A DNA stretch of 64,000 bases, from assembly GCA_965116635.1 (NCBI GenBank), contig OZ220710.1, positions 325,638 to 389,637 of the forward strand. The letters are read 5' to 3'. Positions 21,487 to 30,675 of the stretch are shown piece by piece. Origin of the DNA: Thermodesulfobacteriota bacterium (GTDB lineage Bacteria; Desulfobacterota; Binatia; UBA9968; JAJDTQ01). Under the pieces are notes generated by a model. The model was given only the letters and a program-made list of their open reading frames with translations, ran no database searches and had not been told where the DNA came from. A program made the translations under genes and the position numbers. Every line of letters begins with the position of its first letter. The stretch's first letter is position 1.

Positions 21487-21504
21487 GGTAAAAAGTACGG
21501 TCCG

Positions 21505-21750
21505 TCAGCCGCCTCGGCCTGGTCGTTTAGCGGTTCCAGCGATCACGCGCCAGCCGAGATAGGTGACGACCTTCCGCAGCTTTAGCTCTCTCAGCTCGGG
21601 GAACTCCAACCAGAACCGCCGGACAAGCGACCGCCTGGCGCGGGCGTTGTAGGCCTCGTATTCATCAGCCAGCACCGCAATAACCGTTGCGATCTCCCGG
21701 ACCGATACCGGCGCCAGGTCGCTAACGAGCTGCTGGGCGCTCTCGACCAA
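21505..21750 (-). CDS. hypothetical small protein (81 aa, TTG start)
   Basis: The only plausible ORF in the gap. No recognisable motif, and the start codon is weak. Confidence 0.3.
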   Translation of the reverse strand: MVESAQQLVSDLAPVSVREIATVIAVLADEYEAYNARARRSLVRRFWLEFPELRELKLRKVVTYLGWRVIAGTAKRPGRGG

Positions 21751-21856
21751 AGCTCCCGTTGACGGGAGTTCAGGCGCTCCGGATTGCCATCACGGCCGAG
21801 GTGCAGGACCCGGCCGGCGCGTGGCCGCCGATCACGATCGACGGGGAGGTGCCGGC

Positions 21857-22249
21857 ATGACCTTCAAGCTGGTGCTTCCCGAGACGATCGATGTGACGGC
21901 CGACGTGCATCCGCCCGATGGGAGCGGGGCCGAGGCGGGCCAGATCAAGCTCAAGCTGCGCTATCTCTCCCTCCCGGAGCGCCGCGAGCTCATCGCGGAG
22001 CTCCAGTCGTCCACCGACGAAAAGACGACAGACGCCGGGTTGGCGGCGCGGCTGGTGGTGGGGTGGGATGGCCTCCAAGACGAGGACGGCGAGCCTATCC
22101 CCTGGGGCGCATCGTCGCTCGCGTCGGCCATGGAGATCCCGTACTTCCACGACGCCGTCCGGAACGCGATCGCCGAGCATCTATACGGGGCACGGGCAAA
22201 AAACTTCTTCGCGCCGGACGGGAATGGGCCGCCGGCGCTTCCGGAATAG
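21857..22249 (+). CDS. phage tail assembly chaperone (lambda gpG-like)
   Basis: GGGGAGG RBS then ATG 21857; 130 aa, acidic. Lies directly upstream of the tape-measure gene and carries a slippery site near its 3' end. Confidence 0.65.
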   Translation: MTFKLVLPETIDVTADVHPPDGSGAEAGQIKLKLRYLSLPERRELIAELQSSTDEKTTDAGLAARLVVGWDGLQDEDGEPIPWGASSLASAMEIPYFHDAVRNAIAEHLYGARAKNFFAPDGNGPPALPE

Positions 22250-22479
22250 AGCTGTGGGAAGACGAACGCGACGTCGTCGCCGCGTGGGCGTGCCTGAGCC
22301 GCTGCTGGCGCCTCAATGGTCCCGCCATGGGGCCGGCGGTCCCGGAGATAGACTGGGCTCAGGCGCGGGCACTGCTGGATCTGGCGGGGATGCTGCCGCT
22401 CGACAGCGAGACGTTCATGGGAGTGCTGTGGATGGAAGAGGGGGCGACGGAGGTTTTCCGCCAGGCTACGTCCCACTGA
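21857..22479 (+). CDS. tail assembly chaperone G-T fusion via programmed -1 frameshift (21857..22204 joined to 22204..22479)
   Basis: The -1 frame is open from the slip site to 22479 and reads ...KKLLRAGREWAAGASGIELWEDERDVVAAWACLSRCW...EGATEVFRQATSH. Confidence 0.55.
22198..22238 (+). promoter_or_regulatory. -1 ribosomal frameshift signal: A_AAA_AAC heptamer, 6-nt spacer, GC-rich hairpin
   Basis: In the zero frame GCA AAA AAC gives an X_XXY_YYZ site at 22198-22204. Spacer TTCTTC follows. Stem GCGCCGG (22211-22217) pairs with CCGGCGC (22232-22238). Confidence 0.6.
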
Positions 22480-22531
22480 CTATGCACGAAGTTGGCGGGC
22501 GGTCCAATCGGCGGGATGCCCGTCGCGGCGG

Positions 22532-22750
22532 CTAGAACGGTTCGTCGCGCTCGGTGGGAGCCTTTCGCATCGCGTACGAGGCGAGCGCGAAGTATAGCAT
22601 GGCCGGCACCGTGAAAATGATTACCAGCAACAACCCGGCGCCGTTCGATGTGGTGATCGTGACCACCATCGCCAGCGCGGCCCCGCCAGCGAATACAAGA
22701 CCTGCCAGGATGCAGGCCCAGCCCGACACGATGCGCAGACAATCAAGCAT
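22532..22750 (-). CDS. small hydrophobic protein (72 aa, about 2 TM), opposite orientation inside the tail module
   Basis: MLDCLRIVSGWACILAGLVFAGGAALAMVVTITTSNGAGLLLVIIFTVPAMLYFALASYAM... Fills the gap between the chaperone and the tape measure. Confidence 0.4.
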   Translation of the reverse strand: MLDCLRIVSGWACILAGLVFAGGAALAMVVTITTSNGAGLLLVIIFTVPAMLYFALASYAMRKAPTERDEPF

Positions 22751-22785
22751 GCCGGAAAGTCTATTCGCTCTTCCGGGGGCGGTCA

Positions 22786-25034
22786 ATGGGTGAGCTGCTA
22801 CTCCGCGCCCGGTTGCTTCTTACCGGCGCCGGCCAGTTCGTGCGCGGCATGGGGCCGGTTATCGCGCGGATCGGCGCGCTCGTCGTTGCGGTGCGCGGGC
22901 TGCAGGCCGCCGGCCGCACCGTCGTACGGGTGTTCCGCGGCGTCATCGAAGCCACCACGCGCCAGGAGGCGGCCGAATCCCAGATCGCGGCGCGGATCCG
23001 CTCCACCGGCAACGCGGCGGGCTACGGCGCCGATGAACTGCGGCGCATGGCCAGCGCCCTCCAGGATGTGACCACATACGGAGACGAGGCCACCCTGGAG
23101 ATGCAGGCGCTCCTGCTCTCCTTCACCAATATCAGGGGTGACAATTTCCGGGACGCGACCGAGGGCGTGCTCGATCTGGCCACCGGCATCGGCACGGATC
23201 TCCCCTCAGCGGCGATCCAGCTCGGCAAGGCGTTGAACGACCCTGCGCGCGGCCTGGACGCGCTCAGCCGGTCCGGCACCACATTTACCAAATCCCAGCG
23301 CGAGACGATCAAGCAGATGGCCGAAGGCGGCCGTGTCGCCGAAGCCCAGCGTCTGATCCTGCGCGAGCTCGCCCTGCAGTACGGCGGATCGGCGCGCGCG
23401 GCGCGGGACACGTTCGGCGGTGCTCTCACGGCGCTCAGGAACGCCGCCGGAGATCTCCTGGAGGGCCGCGGCGGGCTCAACGAGGCGAAGGACGGCATTG
23501 AATCGCTTACCCGGGTGCTGTCGTCGCCCGAGGTGCGGGACGGTGCGCAGGCCCTGGTCGGGGTGATGACCGAACTGGTTGGCCTGGCCGCCAAGCTGGC
23601 CGCCGTCGGCGTGCCGCCCGTGCTGGCCGCCATCCGAAGTTTCGGCGTCGGCGACGCGGCGGCGAGAGAGCGGCGACGTCGCCAGACAAACGATCTCGGG
23701 GTGCGATACGAGCGTCTGCTGCAAGAGCGCGAGGCATCGGCGAGCCGGACTCGCGGGTCCGTGGCCTGGAGGGCCGGCCGCGGGAGGCCCGGCGGGTCGA
23801 AGGCCTCGTGCGGGATCTCCTGGAAGGTCCGCTCGGCCAGAATACGCGCGTGGCGGCGGAACGGGAGCTCGACCTCACGCTCACGCGGATCCGAACCGTC
23901 GGCGGCCAACTCGAAGACGCACGCCGCGAAGCGGCCGCGCGCCAGGGTCCGGAGATCGCGCGCATAGACCGCGAGTTGGCCCAGATCGAGCAACAGATTT
24001 TCGACATCACCGCGGTGGACGCCGACAAGATCGAACCGTCGCGCGCAGCCAAACCCACGGCCACCGAGCCCACGCCCGGGCCGACGCCTACGCCCAGGCC
24101 GACGCCCGCCGCCGATCGCGCCGTCCGCGCCGCGCTGGAAACCGCCGAGCGCTACAACGAAGCGATCCGGGACATCGCCGCCGGGGAGGCTGCGCTGCTG
24201 CCGGCGCTGGAGCGGAATCTGCGGGCCATCGATGACAATTTGGCGCGCCGCCTGGCGCTTTCGGAGGGGTCGGAGGAGCTTCAGCAGCGGGCGATCGAGC
24301 TGTGGGAGGAGGAGACCGAGGCCGCGATCGCCGCGGCGGCGGCGGTCGAAAGCCTGGGCGACGCTTCGGAGGATGCCGGCGCCCGCACCCTGGCAAGCTG
24401 GGATCAGGCATCCGCGGGGCTGCGGTCGGTCCAGGAGGTCGCCGAGGAGACGATTTCCGGCATGGACCGAGCGCTGACGGATTTCGTGTTCGGCGGCAAG
24501 ACGAGCTTCAGCGACCTGATCAATCACATGATCCGCGAGTTCGCGCGGCTGCTGGTGTTTCAGCCCGCGCTCGACAGCCTCGCGGGCTTCATCGGCGGTC
24601 TTTTTGGCGGCGGCGGCCGCGGGTTCCGCGGCCCCGGAGGCCTTCTGCCGACGGGGCCGAGTGGGTATCCGTCGCTCCATGGGGGCGGTATCGCCGGTCA
24701 GCTCGGCGGCGTCCGTCGCCGCGTGGCGCCGGAGATCTTCGCCGCGGCGCCGCGCCTTCACGGCGGCGGCATCGCCGGCGACGAAGTGCCCACCCTGCTC
24801 CGCAAGGGCGAGGGTGTTTTCACTCCGGAGCAGATGCAGGCGCTCGGAGGCATGGCGGCGCCGAGGATCGAGATCCGGTTCGAGAACCGCGGCACGCCGC
24901 AGCGGGAGGTGTCGCGCGACGTGCCGTTGGACGGCCGCGGGATCGTGATCGGCCTTTTGGTGGACGATCTGGAGCGTCGAGGTCCGGTTTCGCGCGGGCT
25001 CGAGTCGCGCTACGGCCTGCGGCCTCGGGCGTGA
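22786..25034 (+). pseudogene. phage tail tape measure protein, interrupted by a frameshift near 23730-23745
   Basis: The N-terminal part (frame of 22786) has a TMP core-like region (DEATLEMQALLLSFTNI, LPSAAIQLGKALNDPARGLDALSRSGTTF), then degenerates into Arg-rich nonsense. The coherent sequence continues in the frame of 23808 (EPDSRVRGLEGR...FSDLINHMIREFARLLVFQ...HGGGIAG). Confidence 0.75.
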
Positions 25035-25038
25035 TGAG

Positions 25039-25371
25039 ATGGATTGGCCGTCCTACGCACTCATTGTCGCAGGCGCCGGCGCCGAGCGCGGCGCACGGTC
25101 GGTCGAGCGCCCGCAATTCGACGACGGTATGGTGGCACAACGCCGGCGTTGGACGCGGGCGCTCAAGCGCATCGAGGTCCGGTTCATCCTTGTCGATGCC
25201 GACAAGTCTCGGTTCGAGGAATGGGCGGCGAGCTCGCACGCCTGGTTTGACTGGCGAGACGAGACTCGGGCGCGGGTGCTGGGGGGCCAGGGAGGCATAG
25301 AATACAGAGAGCGGGCGGTTGCCGGCGTCCTCACGTGGGACGGGCGGTGCGAGCTCGAAGTGATCGCGTAA
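25039..25371 (+). CDS. minor tail protein, lambda gpM-like (110 aa)
   Basis: Size and position (first gene after the TMP). Pattern F-DG..Q.R.W....I.V.F......F..W.....FDW resembles the gpM family. Confidence 0.5.
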   Translation: MDWPSYALIVAGAGAERGARSVERPQFDDGMVAQRRRWTRALKRIEVRFILVDADKSRFEEWAASSHAWFDWRDETRARVLGGQGGIEYRERAVAGVLTWDGRCELEVIA

Positions 25372-25396
25372 AAACAACCGACGAAAGGGGTGAAAA

Positions 25397-25756
25397 ATGG
25401 CTTTTACTGACCTCGGAAAACAGGTGGTGATGGAAGAAGGACTCGACGGGGCGAGCCGGTATATCTCGCTTCACCTGGCCGACGGCACGGAGCTCGCCGG
25501 GCACGGCTACAGCCGCGCCGAAATCACGCCGGCGCAGATGGCTGTCTCGGGAACTGGCGTGTTGACCGGACCGATCAACCACCCCATCTACACAGCGACC
25601 GACGGCGACGCACAACAAGCGATGAAGGTAGGCCTGTACCGGACCCAGGCCTCAATCCGTAGAATCTCAGATGGCTACTCAAGTCATCACTCTCCTCGAC
25701 GCCTGGCGGATAGGAGACTCGTGGGACGTTCCAGAGGGCTCCCGGCCCGAGATTGA
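25397..25756 (+). CDS. hypothetical phage protein (3' end uncertain)
   Basis: The N-terminal 85 aa look coding (MAFTDLGKQVVMEEGLDGASRYISLHLADGTEL...). The last 30 aa are Arg/Ser-rich and overlap the next gene by 86 nt. Confidence 0.4.
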   Translation: MAFTDLGKQVVMEEGLDGASRYISLHLADGTELAGHGYSRAEITPAQMAVSGTGVLTGPINHPIYTATDGDAQQAMKVGLYRTQASIRRISDGYSSHHSPRRLADRRLVGRSRGLPARD

Positions 25757-26741
25757 CGACGCCCTCGTGGTCGAAGACGACACCTGCTTACGGCTCTTCA
25801 CGATTTGGGAAAATAGGTTCCAGGTCAATTTGGACCCACAGAACGCTACCGCGGTCAACCGCGACTTCACCGCTCGAATGGAGTCTCAAGGGCGGATTGA
25901 TTTGATCAGGGGAGACGTGCGGGCCTCGGTATATTTGGGGAATCATCGCGACGACCGCGAGCCCTACGTATTCACAGACGTAGTCTTCTCCCCGGAAGTG
26001 GTGGCCCACTTCCAGGGAGAGGGAGCACCAATAACACTGACATTCTCGGACGACCCATCGGCCGTCCTCGACGCCGGTCTGGCCGGGTCCATCGCCGGTA
26101 CCGCCGATCTTCTCAATCCTCTGGACGCCTCGGCCACCCTCGACGCCGGTCTGGCCGGGTCCATCGCCGGTACCGCCGACCTCCTCAGTCCACTGGACGC
26201 CTCCGCGACCCTGAGCGCCGGTTTGGCCGGTTCCATAGCCGGCGCCGCCACTCTCGGGGCGGCGATCGCACCGCCGGCTCCGCCCCCCACCGAATCGGGC
26301 TACGAGATCCACCGCCGCGCGTCCGCGCCGCGCGATGTGCTGCTTACGGCCATTGAACTGAACCATCCGCTTCTGCCCACCCCCGCGCGCGCGATACGCG
26401 ACACCGCGTCGCACACCATCGAGGGAAACGAGTACGCTCCGGTGTATTTCGAGGTGAAATGGGCCGACCAGGTCGAAGGCGAGAGTCCGCGTGTGGAGGT
26501 GGTGGTGGACAACGTGGGCGAAGCGCTCACTCAATGGGTCGATATCTCACGCGGCGGCCGCGGTGCGACCATGCGGCTCATGCACGTGCTTAACGACGTG
26601 GTGCAGTGGGATCAGACGGTCGACGTGATCCGCGCGCGGACCGCGGACGTGGTGCGCATCGAGCTGGGATGGGACATCCTGTTGGACGGCCCGGCGGTGA
26701 CCTGGCGTTACGACATGGACACGGCGCCGGGACTGTTCTGA
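25671..26741 (+). CDS. minor tail protein with C-terminal DUF1833/gpL-like domain and internal 24-aa tandem repeats
   Basis: The C-terminal ~170 aa (LLTAIELNHPLL...YAPVYFEVKWADQVEGESPRVEVVVDNVGEAL...TWRYDMDTAPGLF) fit the DUF1833 pattern. Lies between the gpM-like and NlpC/P60 genes. Confidence 0.6.
   Translation: MATQVITLLDAWRIGDSWDVPEGSRPEIDDALVVEDDTCLRLFTIWENRFQVNLDPQNATAVNRDFTARMESQGRIDLIRGDVRASVYLGNHRDDREPYVFTDVVFSPEVVAHFQGEGAPITLTFSDDPSAVLDAGLAGSIAGTADLLNPLDASATLDAGLAGSIAGTADLLSPLDASATLSAGLAGSIAGAATLGAAIAPPAPPPTESGYEIHRRASAPRDVLLTAIELNHPLLPTPARAIRDTASHTIEGNEYAPVYFEVKWADQVEGESPRVEVVVDNVGEALTQWVDISRGGRGATMRLMHVLNDVVQWDQTVDVIRARTADVVRIELGWDILLDGPAVTWRYDMDTAPGLF
26067..26246 (+). repeat. 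in-frame 72-bp tandem repeat, about 2.5 copies (LDAGLAGSIAGTADLL[N/S]PLDASAT)
   Basis: Units at 26067-26138 and 26139-26210 are near-identical. A partial third unit starts at 26211. Confidence 0.9.
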
Positions 26742-26748
26742 CAATGAT

Positions 26749-27126
26749 GTGGGCCGAGAAATAGTGCTGGACGCGTCGGCATCCTGGACCGACTGCGGCG
26801 CCTTCGTTGCGGAGGTCCTCCGCAGGGAGTTCGGTCTGCGAGTCGACCTCCCGCCGGCCGCCGAGTCGCCCAGCTCCCGCGACCGGCAGATAGGCGCCCT
26901 GGTGCGCGAGTTGGCGAGGCCGACCGCGACGCCGACGGACGGCGACGGCGTATTGATGCGGCTTGTCGGACGGCGCGGAACGGTGGGCCACCACATCGGC
27001 CTGTGGGCGTCGCCAGGCTACGTGCTGCACTATTTGCCGCGCGGTCCGGGCGGCGTGCGGCTGCAGGATCTCGCCGGAATGCGGCCTGTCTACCAGGTCG
27101 AGGGGTTCTACCAGTGGCTCGCGTGA
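26749..27126 (+). CDS. NlpC/P60-family peptidase, lambda gpK-like tail protein
   Basis: 125 aa with GTG start. WTDCGAFV (catalytic Cys context) and GHHIGLW (His). Conserved position before the host-specificity gene. Confidence 0.7.
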   Translation: MGREIVLDASASWTDCGAFVAEVLRREFGLRVDLPPAAESPSSRDRQIGALVRELARPTATPTDGDGVLMRLVGRRGTVGHHIGLWASPGYVLHYLPRGPGGVRLQDLAGMRPVYQVEGFYQWLA

Positions 27127-30084
27127 CGCTGGACCACTGGCCGCACCCGCTCACCGCGGACGGCCGCGAGATCCGCGAAGTCGACGTGTCTGAGGCTCTG
27201 GCCCTGATTGGACGGCGCGCCGATGTGCACGTAATCGTCGACGGCCACATGGCGCCCGGATCAGATGTGGCTCTCCGGGGGGGCGAAATTGTCACGGTCC
27301 GCCCCAGGCTCGCGGGCGATGACAGCAACCCTATCGCCACGATTCTCCAAATCGGCCTGGTGATCGCCGGCGCCTACATCGGCGGCCTGGGCGGCTTTGG
27401 GGCGCAGTTGCTGGCGGCGGCCGTCGTCATCGTCGGCGGTCTGGTCATAAATGCGCTTTTTCCGCCGCGGGAACCCGAACTGCCGGGCGACCAGGAGCGG
27501 CGCGAGGTCTACTCGCTGCGCGGCGGCTCCAACGCGGCCCGGCACTACGATCCTCTCCGGCTCGTGATGGGCACCCATCGCATCTTTCCGGACCTGGGCG
27601 CGGAGCCGTACACCGAATATGAGGAAGATGACGAAGGCGTTGTACAGCAATACCTGTATCAAATCCTGCACTGCGGCGTCGGCGATCTGGATTTGGAAGA
27701 GGCCAGCTATGCCGGCACGCCGCTTTCGAGTTACGACGAGGTTGTCCTGGTCAGTTCCGACGCAGACGGCCGGATTGCTCTGCAGGGCCTGTTCAGCGAC
27801 GTATCCACGGCCGACGGCGCGGACCTTGCCGATGCCGAGTGGGTTGAACGCACTACCGAGGACGGCACCGACCGGATCGCGATCGATCTTATCGGGCACC
27901 TTTACCGCGTGACTAATCGAGGCGGCGTCGTCCAGAACACCGTCGACATCGAGGCCGGGTACCGACTGGCGGACGGCTCGCTCGGGGAACATTTCACGCC
28001 GCTGGCAGTCCCGCAGTTCGCTCACGGCAGCTCCGAGATCTATCGCCGCACCTTTCGCTACACCCTGCCCGCGGCCGGCCGCTACGTGGTCCGCGTGCGT
28101 CGGACCACGGTGCCGTCCGAAAATCAGCGGGTGCGCGACAATATCTCTTGGACGGCCCTCCGGTCCTACCGGCCGGACAGTACGGACTACAGCGGACAGA
28201 CGCGCCTTGGGCTGCGCGTGCGCGCCAGCGGCCAGGTCCGCGGCGCCATGGACAAGATCGCGCTGGTGGCGCACCAGCGCATCCCGGTATGGGACGGTGC
28301 TGCATGGACACCGGGCCGCAGCTCGAACCCGGCCTGGTTAGCCCGCTGGTTTGCGTTGGGCCTCTACCACGATGGCCGCCTGGTGGCCGGGATGGGTTTG
28401 CCGGCGGAACGCATCGATGAGGACGTGCTCGTTGCCTGGGGAGCGTGGTGCGACCTGAACCGCCTGCAGTGCAACTTCGACCTCCACGGCCCCGCCACTC
28501 GCCGCGAAGTCATGGAGATCATCTGCAAGGCCGGCCGCGCGACGATTTCGTGGCACACCGGCAAGTTCGGCGTCATCTGGGACGCCCCGCGGCCGGTGAG
28601 CGGGCTTATCACACCGGGCAACGTATTGGCGGGTTCGATGCGAGTCGACTGGGCTGCCGGCCCGCGTGCCGAGGAGGTCGTCTGCCGCTACATCGATCCC
28701 GACAGGGACTGGCAGTGGACGCCGGTTCGTCGCACCATGCCCGGCGTCGCCAGCACCCCGGTCCGAAGCGTGACGCAGACGCTGCGCGGCGTGACGTCCC
28801 GGCGGCAGGCCATTGAGGAGTGCGCCCTCCAGGCTGCCCGCCAGGCGTATTTCGACCGAGAGATCTCCTGGCGGATGAGCCTCGAGGGTTTCGCTCTGAC
28901 GCGGGGGTCCGTGCTCGGCGTGGCCCACAGCTTGGTGGGCGGCGGGACGGCCGGACGGGGTGTGACGGTGGCGGGCGCGTCCGCCGAGATTAGGTGGCGC
29001 GGCCCGGGCGACGCGCCGCGGATGACGGGCGGCGACTGGCTCGAAATAAGGTATCCTGACGGCTCATTCGTGGCGCGTCGACTGGCGCTGGCCAACACGG
29101 CGGACGGTGTGATCACGGTCACCGTGGCGGACCCCTGGCCGGAGATGGATGGCGAGCCCATCGACGCGCTGTGGCGGCACTACGCGGCCAACGGCGCTCC
29201 GGTAAACGTCCGCATTGCTGCGATTCGGCCGGTCTCGGAGTCAGAGGTCGAGGTCGCGGCCATTGACGACGTTCCGGAATATTACGCAGCGGCCAGCGCG
29301 GCCGAAGACCAGCCCTTGCCCGACATTCGGTCCGTAGATTCACGTATTCCCCGAGTCGTTCGCGGGATCGTGTCTGAACGCCGCATCGCCGCGGGCGACG
29401 TCCAGGTAGTCGAGCTCGAGCTGTTGCTGGTGGTCGCAGGCGACTGGCGCGGCGGTGTCGTGCGCGCGGCCGTGGGGGACGGCGCGCCGGCGGTGGTGGC
29501 GGTGCTGGTCGACGGCGACACCGCTGCGCACTGGATCGGCCCTCAGTCCGGCCGGATCACCATCACGGTGGTGCCGGGTACCGCTGCGGCGCCGGCGGGC
29601 CCCGTGTGGACTATAGAATACACCATCGGGGGGCTGCTGTTGCCACCGCCACCGCCTACCGACCTGGCCGTCGTCGCCCTGGGGCTCAACCGCGGCTATT
29701 CCTGGGTTCCGCCGGACGTGCAGGACCTGCTCGGCGTGTTGATCCGGTACGCCACCGCCGAGGGTAGAGCTTCGCGCCGGCGCGGATGCGGCGACGAGTG
29801 TGCTTGTAGGCAGCGTGCTGACGGTTTTCACCGCGACATCGGCCGGCACGGACGATGCGGTTGTCACAGTGGCGCCGGCGACCCCGGCCGGGATCTCGCG
29901 GAGGACGCTTAGCGTCGCCCAGACGCCGCTCGGCGTTCAGCGGCGGCTATATATCTACATGACTGTCGATTTCGGTGTTCCTGTCTGGAAGGCCCATATT
30001 CCGGCGGCGGGGAACCAGGACATATCGGAAGAGATGCGGGTGACGGCGCGCCTGCGCGTCGAAGAAGCGGAGCCCTTCGCATGA
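27123..30084 (+). pseudogene. gpI-like / host-specificity protein J-like fusion, with a frameshift near 29757-29790
   Basis: GTG 27123 overlaps the gpK-like stop (GTGA). The N-terminus resembles lambda gpI (ubiquitin-like segment, then the hydrophobic IATILQIGLVIAGAYIGGLGGFGAQLLAAAVVIVGG). It is followed by a long J-like body. After IRYATAEG the frame becomes Arg/Cys/Gly nonsense, while the +1 frame stays coding to 30084 (VELRAGADAATSVLVGSVLTVFTATSAG...). Confidence 0.7.
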
Positions 30085-30581
30085 GTATAGCAGTGGCGCT
30101 CAGCGGCGGTTTGGATTCGACAGCTTTGCTTTACCGGGAAGCTGTAACGACAGATACGGAGCTGGTCGCGATCCACATCACGCGTAAGGTCGAAGATCCT
30201 TTTCGTGCCCACGCGGCGGCGGCGTGGATCAATAGACATATCCGGTCGATCACGCTTGTGGAGGAGCCCGGGAAAGAGTCCGAGGGTGGGTCGCCTCGCA
30301 CGGTGTACGCCGCCCTGGCTCGCGCAGTAGCTTCCAGGGGGGCAATTACCCGCCTTCTGCATGGCAGGTCCGCCTGGAACGTGGGCACCGGCCGTGGCCT
30401 CCTCGAAGGCACGGTTTCTCTGCGCGATTTCTACGCGCAGCACACCGGCGTCCCCATGGAATACCCCTATTTTGAGCCCGTCCCTCGGGGTCGTTTCGAG
30501 ATTGAGGCGACGCTGCCCGCGGCCCTCCACGCGCTTGTGGCGCGGTGCGGCCGACATTCTGACGCGCTACAACGCGCTTAA
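30081..30581 (+). CDS. short PP-loop (SGGxDS) ATP-pyrophosphatase-like protein, QueC/ExsB-like N-terminus
   Basis: MSIAVALSGGLDSTALLY... Only 166 aa, with no C-terminal Cys cluster. Its ATG overlaps the preceding stop (ATGA). Confidence 0.45.
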   Translation: MSIAVALSGGLDSTALLYREAVTTDTELVAIHITRKVEDPFRAHAAAAWINRHIRSITLVEEPGKESEGGSPRTVYAALARAVASRGAITRLLHGRSAWNVGTGRGLLEGTVSLRDFYAQHTGVPMEYPYFEPVPRGRFEIEATLPAALHALVARCGRHSDALQRA

Positions 30582-30675
30582 CCCTCGATCGCGGGCGGCT
30601 GTAGCGGGCAACCGAGGTGGTCCTGGTCTACAGGACAGGAAGGCGGCAGAGATCAGGTGTATTCGGTATGGTGGA

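Noticed and set aside
26067-26246. CRISPR-like repeat array
   Set aside because: The repeats are directly adjacent with no spacers, 72 bp long, in frame inside a tail-protein ORF, and there are no cas genes. They are coding tandem repeats.
21800-30600. Intact prophage or gene transfer agent
   Set aside because: No capsid, portal, terminase, tail tube, lysis or integrase genes and no att-like direct repeats were found. Two structural genes are frameshifted. The region is treated as a tail-module remnant.
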